Source: Candidatus Moraniibacteriota bacterium (lineage in GTDB: Bacteria; Patescibacteriota; Minisyncoccia; Moranbacterales; GCA-2747515). Taken from it: a DNA stretch of 64,000 nt. This document shows, in pieces, positions 19,282 through 29,854 of the stretch. Where the stretch lies: assembly GCA_038208115.1 (NCBI GenBank), contig JBBQZC010000003.1:2984-66983 (forward strand). Direction: 5' to 3'. The position numbers were made by a program, and so were the translations under genes. Numbering within the stretch: position 1 is the stretch's first letter; each line of letters opens with the position of its first letter. Under the pieces are notes generated by a model that saw only the letters and a program-made list of their open reading frames with translations, ran no database searches and was not told the origin of the DNA.

Positions 19282-19500
19282 GGAAATTGATACGATAAAT
19301 AATTATAATAATAATCCATCTATGATATACTATATGAGGAAGCATCCGCTACATGAAAATCCCCAATACTTGACATAATTACTATTTTATTGTGTTGTAT
19401 CTTTTTTACTAGACATATCAATAATAATATAGTATAGTAAAAAATGCTCTTCAAATGACATATTTATATAAATGACATAATATGTATACACATTCACACT

Positions 19501-19573
19501 GTTCTCGTAGTTTAATGGATAAAACAAGTCACTCCTAAGGATTAGATGGAAGTTCGATTCTTCCCGAGGACAC
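19501..19573 (+). tRNA. tRNA-Arg (anticodon CCT)
   Basis: Hand fold: acceptor GTTCTCG/CGAGGAC with one G-U pair, D-loop AATGGATA, T-arm GGAAG-TTCGATT-CTTCC, anticodon loop CTCCTAA. Confidence 0.6.
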
Positions 19574-19588
19574 AATATCTCGTTTATA

Positions 19589-19948
19589 ATGCAATTAAGT
19601 AATAAATCCACACAACATATGAGTGATCGCATACGCAAAGTCAATGCATTGATTCACAAAGAAATGTCACGCATCATGACAGAAAATCTCAGTCTAAAAC
19701 CAGGATTATTTCTCACAATTTCAAAGATTGACACAACAGACGATCTACGATACACTCGTATATTCGTTCGCGTGTTTCCAGGGAAAGAAAGCGAGTATGG
19801 TATGAAAACACTTGAACACGAACGATTCACTCTTCAAAAGCAACTGCATAAAAAATTACAGATGAAAGTTTGTCCTAAAATTTCATTTGCTAACGACACG
19901 ACAGGTGATGAGGTAGACGAGATTGAACGACTACTCAAAGAGTCTTAG
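19589..19948 (+). CDS. rbfA: ribosome-binding factor A
   Basis: RbfA-like sequence (RIRKVNALIHKEMSRIM...DLRYTRIFVRVFPG); the true start is possibly the second Met. Confidence 0.75.
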   Translation: MQLSNKSTQHMSDRIRKVNALIHKEMSRIMTENLSLKPGLFLTISKIDTTDDLRYTRIFVRVFPGKESEYGMKTLEHERFTLQKQLHKKLQMKVCPKISFANDTTGDEVDEIERLLKES

Positions 19949-19961
19949 GCAGTGAAGGGGA

Positions 19962-20966
19962 GTGTATATGAATAATATTTTCACGTTTATGCAGCAAAAA
20001 AATCTTTTTTACAAGGAATTTTGCACACTCCATTATATTTTAGATAATGCACGATCTGTATTGATTGTGCCACACGACAGTCCTGATCTCGATGCAGTCG
20101 GTAGCGCTGTTGCGCTTTCAGAATTCATCCAGTCAAACTATGCAGCAAAAACAACAATTTCCTGTCATGATATTTTACCTGAATCACTAAAAAATATCAT
20201 GCCTGAGATTATTTTTCACCATCCAGACAAGATCGATCTACAAAATTATGATGTATTGATTGGTTGCGACAGCGTTGAAAGAGGATTTAATCGTATAATC
20301 ACAGATATATCAGACGACTGTGTAACTATAACAATAGATCATCATCATGATATCAGTCTAACAACAGATCTTCAGATAATCGATTCACACTATGCAGCAA
20401 CTTGTGAAATCATATTTCGATTTATCGAACACACTAATAAACCGTACTCAAAAAAAGTAGCAACTGCACTACTTGCGGGCATCATCGGAGATACAGGCGC
20501 GTTTCAACACGCGAACACTACTGCGGAAATTTTACAGATGTCTGCTGAACTGATCAAAAAAGGAGCCTCTATTACAAAAATCATGTCGACACTATATGCA
20601 AATCGTAAAATTGAAACACTAAATCTATGGGGGAAAGCCCTGGAACGTACTCGTTATTATAGTGATACAGGTCTCGCCGTTACAGCAATCACAGAAGATG
20701 GGATCAATAATCATGAAATCAACTCAGCTGAAATATCCAATATTGCATCAATGCTTACAACAGTACCTTCGATCAAAGCTGCACTTATCATCTATCAAGC
20801 AGAAAAAAATCTCATCAAGGGTAGTCTGCGAGCAGAAAAATATGCAAATATCGATGTGTCTGCAATCGCACATACGCTCGGTGGAGGTGGACACAAACTT
20901 GCGAGCGGATTTACCATTCCTGGACGTATTGAATCCACCACAGATGGCGGTTGGCGTGTGGTATAA
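19962..20966 (+). CDS. DHH-DHHA1 family phosphoesterase (NrnA-like oligoribonuclease/pAp phosphatase)
   Basis: DHH motifs (HDSPDLDAVGS, DHHHD) and the DHHA1 GGGH motif. Confidence 0.75.
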   Translation: MYMNNIFTFMQQKNLFYKEFCTLHYILDNARSVLIVPHDSPDLDAVGSAVALSEFIQSNYAAKTTISCHDILPESLKNIMPEIIFHHPDKIDLQNYDVLIGCDSVERGFNRIITDISDDCVTITIDHHHDISLTTDLQIIDSHYAATCEIIFRFIEHTNKPYSKKVATALLAGIIGDTGAFQHANTTAEILQMSAELIKKGASITKIMSTLYANRKIETLNLWGKALERTRYYSDTGLAVTAITEDGINNHEINSAEISNIASMLTTVPSIKAALIIYQAEKNLIKGSLRAEKYANIDVSAIAHTLGGGGHKLASGFTIPGRIESTTDGGWRVV

Positions 20967-21571
20967 TACACAGTATTATGGATACAAAACAACATGCACT
21001 CGAACAATTAAATATCACTATGCACGCACTCTGCGCATGCGAGCTGAAAAAAACAGCTCTTAACGTCGTTCCTGGAAAGGGAAGTGCTAATGCGAAGATC
21101 ATATTTATCGGCGAAGCTCCTGGAAAAAAAGAGGATGAGCTCGGCGAACCTTTTGTGGGCGCTGCAGGTAAATTACTTAGTGAATTACTCGCAACGATAA
21201 ATCTAAAAAGGGAAGATATCTATATCACAAACGTCGTCAAATATCGACCACCGGAAAATCGTGACCCTCTTCCAGAAGAAGTGACTGACTGCTGGTTGTG
21301 GCTACAGGAGCAGATCACATTGATAAATCCACAACTTATTATCCCCTTAGGACGACATGCCTTGGAACGCTTCGTGCCAGGGAGACGCATTTCCCTAGAT
21401 CACGGCAAAGCGTTTCGGAGAAATATCACAGGACTCGGCGATCGCGTGTATTATGCACTCTATCATCCTGCAGCAGCTTTATATAATGGTAGTTTACGTG
21501 AAACTTTATTTGTAGACTTCAGAAAGATTCCTACACTTATCAAAAAAATTGAGACATCACACAAACAATAA
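20951..21571 (+). CDS. uracil-DNA glycosylase, family 4
   Basis: GEAPG motif (IFIGEAPGKKEDELGEPFVGAAG), N-terminal Cys pair, C-terminal HPAAALY-type motif. Confidence 0.7.
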   Translation: MACGIIHSIMDTKQHALEQLNITMHALCACELKKTALNVVPGKGSANAKIIFIGEAPGKKEDELGEPFVGAAGKLLSELLATINLKREDIYITNVVKYRPPENRDPLPEEVTDCWLWLQEQITLINPQLIIPLGRHALERFVPGRRISLDHGKAFRRNITGLGDRVYYALYHPAAALYNGSLRETLFVDFRKIPTLIKKIETSHKQ

Positions 21572-21633
21572 TTATATGACTTATGTGTAAATTGACGTAA
21601 GCGTTCTTCTTTGATATTCTAGAGCATGTAGTA

Positions 21634-21704
21634 GGTCGTGTGGCCGAGCGGTTAGGCAAGGGTCTGCAAAACCCTGTACCCCGGTTCAAATCCGGGCGCG
21701 ACCT
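21634..21704 (+). tRNA. tRNA-Cys (anticodon GCA)
   Basis: Hand fold: acceptor GGTCGTG/CGCGACC, anticodon loop CTGCAAA, T-arm CCCGG-TTCAAAT-CCGGG. Confidence 0.7.
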
Positions 21705-21721
21705 CAAATAAAAAACACCCT

Positions 21722-21806
21722 GCCTGGGTGGTGGAATTGGTAGACACGAAGGACTTAAAATCCTTTGAATGAATAATTCGTGCGAGTTCAAGTCTCGCCT
21801 CAGGCA
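21722..21806 (+). tRNA. tRNA-Leu (anticodon TAA), long variable arm
   Basis: Acceptor GCCTGGG/CTCAGGC, anticodon loop CTTAAAA, long variable arm, T-arm GCGAG-TTCAAGT-CTCGC. Confidence 0.7.
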
Positions 21807-21890
21807 CACGTACAAAAATAGTCTGGTTATATATGCTCTTTAAAAATCAGATTTCTTCATTAACGATTACCTTCATAAGGAGGATTAGGA

Positions 21891-22061
21891 ATGCCTTATA
21901 GTATCATAATTATTTTCACACTTTGTTTATTGGTACTTATATTTTTATTTCTCCGAAAACCATTAGCAAATTATAATCAATGGCGACACATTCACGGCCT
22001 CAAACACCAAACAACATCCTTTGATGCTGGAGAGGAACATGAATATACAGACAGCAATTGA
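21891..22061 (+). CDS. small hydrophobic peptide (56 aa); not in the ORF track
   Basis: Strong SD AGGAGGATTAGGAATG; MPYSIIIIFTLCLLVLIFLFL... single TM segment. Confidence 0.3.
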   Translation: MPYSIIIIFTLCLLVLIFLFLRKPLANYNQWRHIHGLKHQTTSFDAGEEHEYTDSN

Positions 22062-22170
22062 CTCATTCAGCAATGGACTAATTATGATGAAAATTTTTGT
22101 TGGTATTTCCGTCGCATTGACGATTATAGCCCTGGTAGTGGGAATTTATCCGCGCAGGAAGAAAAAGTGA
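22039..22170 (+). CDS. small hydrophobic peptide (43 aa) overlapping the previous ORF out of frame; not in the ORF track
   Basis: MNIQTAIDSFSNGLIMMKIFVGISVALTIIALVVGIYPRRKKK; single TM segment with a basic tail. Confidence 0.25.
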   Translation: MNIQTAIDSFSNGLIMMKIFVGISVALTIIALVVGIYPRRKKK

Positions 22171-22225
22171 AATGAAAAAAATACCCACCGCATTGTATTG
22201 CGATGGGTATTCTTATTTTTTTTCA

Positions 22226-22693
22226 TTATATGACAACGTACGCAGTGAGGTTTTTACGACCAAAAGCAAATGCTTGGTCTTTTGTTTCCATATAGATGTC
22301 AAACTTATTTCCTTTAATCGCACCACCGCGATCTTGACATTCATAGGTACCCATGCCTTCGATATGAATTTTTGTACCAAATGCATAGTTTTTAGGACAT
22401 GCAATTGTTTGATTTGCTTTCACTTTTTTACCAGAAGCTGTGATACCATCACTTTTACCACATTCATCAGCAGCAGCTGTATAAGCTGAAGCATTAATTG
22501 TAAATTTTTTTGGTTCTGGTTTTTTATATGTTGCTTTTTTGAATTCACCGCTTGTAATACCACATGCAATTCCGCCATTTTCTCCGTTCAAATAGGTATA
22601 TTTTGCAGCACGTTCTTCCATTGACTCCTCTTGTGCATACACTGTAAGGGCATTTGCTGTAAATAATAGGGCTAATATCAGTATAAATCTCAT
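22226..22693 (-). CDS. secreted 3D-domain (YuiC/MltA-like) protein
   Basis: Signal peptide, then a 3D-domain-like C-terminus with conserved Asp residues (ADECGKSDGITASGK...YECQDRGGAIKGNKFDIYM). Confidence 0.6.
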   Translation of the reverse strand: MRFILILALLFTANALTVYAQEESMEERAAKYTYLNGENGGIACGITSGEFKKATYKKPEPKKFTINASAYTAAADECGKSDGITASGKKVKANQTIACPKNYAFGTKIHIEGMGTYECQDRGGAIKGNKFDIYMETKDQAFAFGRKNLTAYVVI

Positions 22694-23021
22694 TAAAGAG
22701 ACTAAATTGTTAGCGTGTCTACAATACTTCACCGAAGCTTTTCTTGTAGTGAACACGGCTAATGAAAACTCTCTTTATTCATTAACCAAATATTATAGCA
22801 TATAATTGTATATTTGTCAATCATTTCGACGACTCCTGATCTACACATATGATTCATAAACCTTTATAATAAGGCATTATTTGACATTCTTCTCGTAGAC
22901 ATTTCTCTGTATTATCTATATAATAGATATACTGAATCACATGCATACATTCACAATATTATGCAGATTACGCACAAACCCTTTGCACAATATAGTGTTA
23001 TAAAAAATTATAAAATTTCCT

Positions 23022-23537
23022 ATGAGCCGTAAACAAGATTGGAAAAGTCCAAAGATTGATATTCATTCCAGTCTAATTGAAGGAAAGGGTTTATTTGCGA
23101 ATTCAAACGTAAACCGAGGAGAAAAAATCATTGTTTGGGGAGGGAATTACACCAATGCAGATGGGGCAGAATTGATGAAAAATAAAGGTAAACTTGTTAT
23201 GCAATGGGACGACAATCTTTATAGCTACGAAGATACGGCTGAAGATGATGGGTATTTTATCAATCATTCCTGTGACTCTAATATGTGGATGGCTGACGCT
23301 TATACCTTAATAACGAATAGGGATATTAAATCGGGTGAAGAGTTAACTGTTGATTATGCACTCTTTGAAGCTAATGAGAAGTATATTTCAAAATGGAAGT
23401 GCACATGTGGTTCACCACTCTGTCGTGGCAAGGTCACGGGAGTTGATTGGAAAGAATCGTATTTGCAAAATCAATACAAAGAACATTTTTCACCTCTCCT
23501 CAACAAGCGGATTCAGAGATTGAACAATAATCTGTAG
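23022..23537 (+). CDS. SET-domain protein (putative protein-lysine methyltransferase)
   Basis: NHSCDSN and ELTVDY SET motifs; post-SET Cys cluster CTCGSPLC. Confidence 0.7.
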   Translation: MSRKQDWKSPKIDIHSSLIEGKGLFANSNVNRGEKIIVWGGNYTNADGAELMKNKGKLVMQWDDNLYSYEDTAEDDGYFINHSCDSNMWMADAYTLITNRDIKSGEELTVDYALFEANEKYISKWKCTCGSPLCRGKVTGVDWKESYLQNQYKEHFSPLLNKRIQRLNNNL

Positions 23538-23700
23538 TTGAGAATTGAAATTTTTTAGCTCCAAATAATAGTTTATACCCAAATCCAGAAATGAGCCTCT
23601 ATGAATTATATTAAAAAATGTAAATTTCTTCCACCCAAATTTTTATCTTTTATTATTAATAAAATATGATAAGAGAGCCTATCGCAAACATCGAGAAAAA

Positions 23701-24399
23701 GTGAAACAATATTTAATTTTTTTATTTTTCACACGTATGCTAAAAAAAGAAATATTAATTAAACATTTAGTAAAAAGATATAAGCCAGAAGTAATATTAC
23801 TTGGTGGTTCTCGCGCGAAAAACACGCAGCGACCTGATAGTGATTGGGATATATATTTAGTTGGAAATTATAATATTGAAAATGAGCAATTTTCTGAACA
23901 GTTTTTAGGTGAACACTTAGACATAGCATTGTTCCCAAAATTTTTACTAGTTCATAATGTTTTGCGACTTTTTTATGGGCCTGTTAGCGATTTAGAAGCA
24001 CTTCTGGATAATGAAACTAATCTTGGATCTCAGATAGTCAATGCTACAAGAGAAGCATACACACAAAAACCAGATCCATTGTCTTCAGCTCAAATTATAA
24101 ATAAATTAAACTACCTGAACCGCATTTTAAGTAAAATGTATGGATTCAAAGAGAAGCCAGAAATATACTATTTTCACTTAGCACAATTTTATCAAACTAT
24201 ATTCCCTTATTGGTTTGAGTTTCAAGAAGAATGGTCTGTACCGATTCAATACGCAATGCCCATTATAAAATCGCGAGATTCACAATTTCACAAAATGCTT
24301 GATCCAATTATTAATAAATCTGACATTTCAAATCAAATATTAGCTTGTCAAAATATTGTAGATGACTTTAGAAAGAAATACCTCAATAATGCTATTTGA
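23701..24399 (+). CDS. nucleotidyltransferase-domain protein (KNTase/ANT-like minimal NTase fold)
   Basis: GGSRAKNTQRPDSDWD matches the pol-beta NTase GS...D.D motif; alternative start at M13 (23737). Confidence 0.5.
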   Translation: MKQYLIFLFFTRMLKKEILIKHLVKRYKPEVILLGGSRAKNTQRPDSDWDIYLVGNYNIENEQFSEQFLGEHLDIALFPKFLLVHNVLRLFYGPVSDLEALLDNETNLGSQIVNATREAYTQKPDPLSSAQIINKLNYLNRILSKMYGFKEKPEIYYFHLAQFYQTIFPYWFEFQEEWSVPIQYAMPIIKSRDSQFHKMLDPIINKSDISNQILACQNIVDDFRKKYLNNAI

Positions 24400-24432
24400 T
24401 GTTAACAAAACTCATTTAGATAATTAGCAATC

Positions 24433-24462
24433 AAAAAACCATTTTTTCAGAAATGGTTTTTT
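24433..24462. terminator. bidirectional rho-independent terminator
   Basis: AAAAAACCATTTTTCAGAAATGGTTTTTT lies between convergent genes. Confidence 0.65.
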
Positions 24463-24479
24463 GATTATGAAATATTCAA

Positions 24480-24806
24480 TTATTTTCCTTTTGATTTACC
24501 TGTTACTGTTTTTATCAGTTCTTTTTTATATGTTGCGATCTCACGATCAATAATTTTATCTGCATCTTCGACAAAATGGTCTATGTAGAGGAGAATCTTA
24601 TTTGGGTCATCTTTATTTTCATTGATTTTGTCGATGAACAATTCTTTCTTATCGTCTGTTGTTTTTTCGATTAATTTTGTGACAATGCGATGTGTCAAAA
24701 GTGCGTTGATCTCATCGAGGAGAAACAGTTTTTTTGATTCTGTAATATCTCCGAGATCAAGGTCACGAAAAAGTGCTGTTAATTTTTTTTTATTATGTGT
24801 GTGCAT
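24480..24806 (-). CDS. hypothetical protein (108 aa)
   Basis: ORF only; charged, helical-looking sequence. Confidence 0.4.
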   Translation of the reverse strand: MHTHNKKKLTALFRDLDLGDITESKKLFLLDEINALLTHRIVTKLIEKTTDDKKELFIDKINENKDDPNKILLYIDHFVEDADKIIDREIATYKKELIKTVTGKSKGK

Positions 24807-24816
24807 ATTTGTTTTT

Positions 24817-25626
24817 TTATTCTCCTAACATTTTTTCATACAGCCGATCAATCTGGTCACTTGTCATTGACTTTTCAGTTTCGTCTACAATTTCTTCTTC
24901 TTTTTTTTGAGGTGCTTCCACTGTCCGTTCCACACTATATATCTTTTCTTTTGCAAGATGTATTCTATAAGCCTCCATCGCATCATTACTACAGAACTTT
25001 GTCGCATTAATAGCAATTTTGTCTTTTTCAGCAAAAATTTTCATCGGATTATCTATATGTGAATCTGACAATCTCCACCCCACATATTCAGAAACAGTAT
25101 CATCATCAAACCCGTGAGCCCGTAATAATTGCTTTTGCTCACTCAAAAAATCTGACATAATCTTTTGTGACATTGTCTCTTTTAATCTTACTAATACATG
25201 CTGTGCTTGTTTCTCTGTAAGCTTTCTCTTTTCAATTGATTTTTGCGCGATTTCATCGATGTGAACATACTGTGAAAGATAGTGCATCACACCCTGATGC
25301 AAATCCACCATATCTTCAACCTCATCCAAGAGGTAATCCCTGTGATCTTTTACTTCTCCGTGTGAAGTTTTTTCTACTAGTGCTACCACTTCATGATTAA
25401 CGATGTCTTCCACTACATCACTATTTTTTGCCACATCACGTTTTTGGTCAAAAATTGTAAAAATGTCTGGCAATTCACCTACGCCCATAATACTTAAATG
25501 ATCTTCAAAATCGTGACGCTGTGACTTAAGCGCTTTATATAATTCATGCGCACTGCGCTCCTGCATGTTTTGAATTTTTTCTTGAGATCGTCCATTTGTA
25601 TAGCCTTTATCTATTTGTGTTTCCAT
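24817..25626 (-). CDS. hypothetical protein, possibly HD-domain-like
   Basis: His/Asp pattern SAHELY...RHDFEDH...D is loosely reminiscent of HD phosphohydrolases; weak. Confidence 0.4.
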   Translation of the reverse strand: METQIDKGYTNGRSQEKIQNMQERSAHELYKALKSQRHDFEDHLSIMGVGELPDIFTIFDQKRDVAKNSDVVEDIVNHEVVALVEKTSHGEVKDHRDYLLDEVEDMVDLHQGVMHYLSQYVHIDEIAQKSIEKRKLTEKQAQHVLVRLKETMSQKIMSDFLSEQKQLLRAHGFDDDTVSEYVGWRLSDSHIDNPMKIFAEKDKIAINATKFCSNDAMEAYRIHLAKEKIYSVERTVEAPQKKEEEIVDETEKSMTSDQIDRLYEKMLGE

Positions 25627-25859
25627 TGAATTTTCATTTTGCCATTACGTGCACATTATAGCACATAATTTTTACTTGTTGAATTAAATATAATTCACAA
25701 TGTGAAATTGACTTTTTAGCTGAAAAGTGGCACACTAAAAACGTAATCAATAATCAATAATTTAAAAAACTGTACGCTATGAAAATACATATTTGTACCT
25801 CTTTATAAAGTGCTATACATATGTATGTTTATAGTCTCACAGTTTTTTGAGATCAATTT

Positions 25860-27992
25860 ATGAGTGAGATAAAACAATGGTCACTCGAGGTCGCAGGACG
25901 CACCCTCGTAATCGAAACAGGCAAGCTCGCAAAGCAAGCAAGTGGTGCTGTAACAGTCCGTTATGGCGACACACAAGTTTTAGCTACAGCAGTTATGAGC
26001 AAAGGGAAGAGTAATATCACTGGCTATTTCCCATTGATGGTGGACTATGAAGAGCGCTATTATGCTGCAGGGAAGATTAAAGGATCACGATTTATCAAAC
26101 GTGAAGGGCGACCAAGTGATGAAGCCGTCTTGGCAGGACGTGCTGTAGACCGTACAATTCGCCCACTTTTTGATATGCGCATGCGCAATGAAGTGCAAGT
26201 GGTCATTACTGTACAATCAATCGATGGTCAAAATGATCCTGACATTATATCAATTATTGCTGCATCAGCAGCGTTATCAATTTCTGATATCCCATGGAAT
26301 GGCCCAGTAGGTGCTATAAAAGTCGGCATGGTTGATGGCTTATTTGTCATCAATCCCACAGTTGAACAGAAAGCAACAAGTGTGACAAACCTTACACTTT
26401 CCGGCACAGCTGAAAAAATCAACATGATCGAAGCAAATGCGCAAGAGACACCTGAGGATGAGATAGTAAAAGCATTTACTGAGGGTCATAAGGAGGTCAC
26501 ACGTATTGCTGAGTTTATCACAGCCATCAAAAACGAAGTTGGTAAAGAAAAGAGAGAAGCAACACGACTCGTTGGCAGCGAAACATTTGAAAAATTAATT
26601 GCAGATACTCTTACCAAAAATGGTATTGAAGCAGCACTATATGGCACAAAAGCAGAAATTGAGGAAAATACGTCACGCGTTAAAGACACAACAAAAGAGG
26701 AATTACACGCAGATATTACAGACGAAAATTCTGTGAATTTCAATGACATTTTTTCTCTTGTATGTGATGAGGTCTGTGATGCAATTGTCCACAAGAACAT
26801 TATTACAAACAAAAAGAGACCAGATAGTCGTCTTCCGGAAGAAATTCGTCCGATCACATGTGAAGTAGGCATCTTGCCACGACCGCATGGCTCTGGATTA
26901 TTTACTCGCGGTGAGACACAAGCGCTTACTATTACAACATTAGGAGCACCTGGCGATCAACAAATAATAGACACAATGGAAGTGGATGAGAAAAAAAGCT
27001 ACATCCATCACTACAATTTTCCGCCATTTTCAGTCGGTGAGGTGCGGTTTATGCGAGGCCCAGGACGTCGTGAGATTGGACATGGTGCGCTTGCAGAAAA
27101 AGCTCTCATGCCAGTTCTTCCTCCTAAAGAAACATTTCCCTATACAATATTATTAGTTTCTGAAATTTTAGAATCAAATGGTTCATCATCCATGGCTGCA
27201 ACTTGTGGCTCAACACTATCATTGATGCACGCTGGCGTACCAATCATTCGACCAGTAAGCGGTATTGCGATGGGTATGATGACGGATTTTACGACTGGCG
27301 CATACACAGTCCTTTCTGACATTCAAGGAGCAGAGGATCACTACGGGGATATGGATCTAAAAGTTGCCGGCACAGAAAAAGGTATTACTGCAGTTCAGAT
27401 GGATGTAAAGATGTCCGGCATTGATACAGATATGTTCCGTGCAACTTTGATGCAAGCGCGTGAAGGACGCCTGCATATCCTTGGCAAAATGCTAGCTACG
27501 ATTCCACAGCCAAATGCAGATCTCTCACAATATGCACCTCGCATTATCGTTATGCAGATCAATCCAGAAAAGATTCGTGATGTGATAGGCTCTGGCGGTA
27601 AAATTATCAATGAAATTATCAGCAAAACTGGTGTAAGCATTGATATTGAGGACGATGGAAGTGTATTTATTACAGCAACTGAAGCGGCAGGCGGACTCGA
27701 AGCGCAAAAAATCATCAATGACCTCACACGAGAAGTCCAAGCAGGTGAAATCTTTGAGGGAACGGTGGTACGCATTATGGACTTTGGTGCATTTGTGGAA
27801 ATATTACCTGGAAAAGATGGCATGGTCCACATAAGTGAGCTCGCACATCATCGCGTGAATAAAGTGGATGACGTTGTGAAAATCGGTGACAAAGTCAATG
27901 TAAAAGTCAAAGAAATCGATGATAAGGGACGCATTAACCTATCCATGAAATCACTTCTTCCAAAAGAACCATCAGCACCGCAATCACTATAA
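25860..27992 (+). CDS. pnp: polynucleotide phosphorylase (PNPase)
   Basis: Two RNase PH domains, a KH domain ([10 protein letters not shown]) and a C-terminal S1 domain; 710 aa. Confidence 0.95.
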   Translation: MSEIKQWSLEVAGRTLVIETGKLAKQASGAVTVRYGDTQVLATAVMSKGKSNITGYFPLMVDYEERYYAAGKIKGSRFIKREGRPSDEAVLAGRAVDRTIRPLFDMRMRNEVQVVITVQSIDGQNDPDIISIIAASAALSISDIPWNGPVGAIKVGMVDGLFVINPTVEQKATSVTNLTLSGTAEKINMIEANAQETPEDEIVKAFTEGHKEVTRIAEFITAIKNEVGKEKREATRLVGSETFEKLIADTLTKNGIEAALYGTKAEIEENTSRVKDTTKEELHADITDENSVNFNDIFSLVCDEVCDAIVHKNIITNKKRPDSRLPEEIRPITCEVGILPRPHGSGLFTRGETQALTITTLGAPGDQQIIDTMEVDEKKSYIHHYNFPPFSVGEVRFMRGPGRREIGHGALAEKALMPVLPPKETFPYTILLVSEILESNGSSSMAATCGSTLSLMHAGVPIIRPVSGIAMGMMTDFTTGAYTVLSDIQGAEDHYGDMDLKVAGTEKGITAVQMDVKMSGIDTDMFRATLMQAREGRLHILGKMLATIPQPNADLSQYAPRIIVMQINPEKIRDVIGSGGKIINEIISKTGVSIDIEDDGSVFITATEAAGGLEAQKIINDLTREVQAGEIFEGTVVRIMDFGAFVEILPGKDGMVHISELAHHRVNKVDDVVKIGDKVNVKVKEIDDKGRINLSMKSLLPKEPSAPQSL

Positions 27993-28068
27993 TACTATTA
28001 TTTGAGTTTTGTGGTATAATAAAGGCATTACAAATTAGTAATGTCTTTGTTGCTTCTAAAAAAGGTTT

Positions 28069-29181
28069 ATGGATAATAAAATAAATACAAATGATCACAG
28101 CGATGCAAGTGTTTTTGACGTGCACACAATGAAAAAAGATAATGAACTCCGGCTCAAAAGCGCTGAGCAAGATCTATCATTTTCTGACAATGAAAAAAAC
28201 ACACAGACAAATAAGAATGATTTAGCAAATCCTTTTTTAACACAAAATGATCCTTTGACACCTCTGGCAGATACGACACCTGTATCAAAGTCTAATCGCA
28301 GCATTGAACGATTAAATCAGTCAACCAAGGACATCGCCACCAACGCAATTCAAATTCCACAAAAAACTTTTTCTGAACCTCCCAAGAAAAACAAATCACT
28401 TTTACTCATTATGATTGTATTTGTATCAGTATTTTTGGTGGGAATAATCATTTTTATTGGATACATCCTCACTAATAAAAAAAGTGACACACCCAACGTG
28501 AAAGAACCCACAAGCGATGTTTTGACAACAGACACGACTGCGACAGATACAAAATCACCAGATATGACAACCGACCAGACTTATGCATTGGATTTGCCTA
28601 ATTACATTTCATTTGATGTAGAGAGTCCGACAGCTAAAAATGAAATTAGAGATGAATTAAAAACAATAGTAAAAGCTGTAGCACAACAAGACCCACAGAA
28701 GCCTGTTTCATTTATCATTACGGACATTAATAATAATCCAGTTTCTTTTCACGTGTTTGCCCTATCATCTGGTATGAATGTATCACAAGAGATTTTATCT
28801 TCTCTTGAAGAGAATTTTGAATTATACGCATACAACGACCCTGCAAATGGTGTTCGATTCGGTCTTGTCATTGATGCAAAAAACATCACATCTCTCCAAG
28901 AAGCACTGAAAAAAAATGAGCTGAGTTTGACAGATAGCTTATCACTGTTTTTAAATGAAGTACTGATCGACAAAAAGAATCTCCTTTTTAAAGATAGTGC
29001 GTATAATACACACCCTATTCGATATGTGAATCTCGATCCACTTGAATCCTATTCCATTGATTATACAATTCACGAGCAAAAGCTTATTTTAGGAACGACT
29101 AAGAATACTCTTCGAGCCATTATTGATTCAATGAAGACAATTGCGCCTTCAAAAACAAGTACTGACGGCTTTTCTTACTAA
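28069..29181 (+). CDS. membrane-anchored hypothetical protein (single TM near residue 115)
   Basis: ORF with the TM segment LLLIMIVFVSVFLVGIIIFIGYIL; no known domain. Confidence 0.5.
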   Translation: MDNKINTNDHSDASVFDVHTMKKDNELRLKSAEQDLSFSDNEKNTQTNKNDLANPFLTQNDPLTPLADTTPVSKSNRSIERLNQSTKDIATNAIQIPQKTFSEPPKKNKSLLLIMIVFVSVFLVGIIIFIGYILTNKKSDTPNVKEPTSDVLTTDTTATDTKSPDMTTDQTYALDLPNYISFDVESPTAKNEIRDELKTIVKAVAQQDPQKPVSFIITDINNNPVSFHVFALSSGMNVSQEILSSLEENFELYAYNDPANGVRFGLVIDAKNITSLQEALKKNELSLTDSLSLFLNEVLIDKKNLLFKDSAYNTHPIRYVNLDPLESYSIDYTIHEQKLILGTTKNTLRAIIDSMKTIAPSKTSTDGFSY

Positions 29182-29192
29182 TTGTGATATTT

Positions 29193-29235
29193 AAAACTCA
29201 TCTATTATAATACATAGTCGATGAGTTTTATTTTT
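29193..29235 (+). terminator. rho-independent terminator
   Basis: AAAACTCATC...GATGAGTTTT followed by ATTTTT. Confidence 0.6.
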
Positions 29236-29854
29236 GCATATTGATAAAATTTTGTATGATTATGAGATAAGCTATATGTATAACATGTGCATTTGTGTAT
29301 AAGTAGTGGATAAATTAAAGAAATAAATAAAGAGATTTACTTTCCAAAATGGATTACAATACAAATACAATAATATTATGCGCAAGTATATTCAAATAAC
29401 CTTTTATTAAAGAGGGAATTCGATTCGTAGCTTTGACCATCATCAAAAAACATGCTATAATTACTTTGTAATCAAGAGCGAAACAGTTATACACAGAACA
29501 CACAAGTTAATTAAAAATTGAATATGACGGAGGAAGAATTTCCAATCACAATTTCCCCCTATTTGTGGTTGGAATCCTTCCCCTGTCCTACTGCATTAAT
29601 ATAATTATTGATGCACGCGGAGCATTTCAAACTTCCCACGCTTCGCATAATAAAATACAAAAATAAAAATAATTATTTTCGATTTATCGGAGATAATGTC
29701 CATAAAAAAAATAAAAAAATAAAATGGATCAGTTCTTTTAAACAAATAAGGGGAAATCCGTAGGATGGTGGAGGAACGACAATAGAAATAGGGAATATTG
29801 TCATCAGCTAGTATGTACAGAAAATACATGTACTCACGTAGGTCTATCGTATAC

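Noticed and set aside
21540-21815. 91-aa minus-strand ORF
   Set aside because: It overlaps tRNA-Cys and tRNA-Leu completely; spurious.
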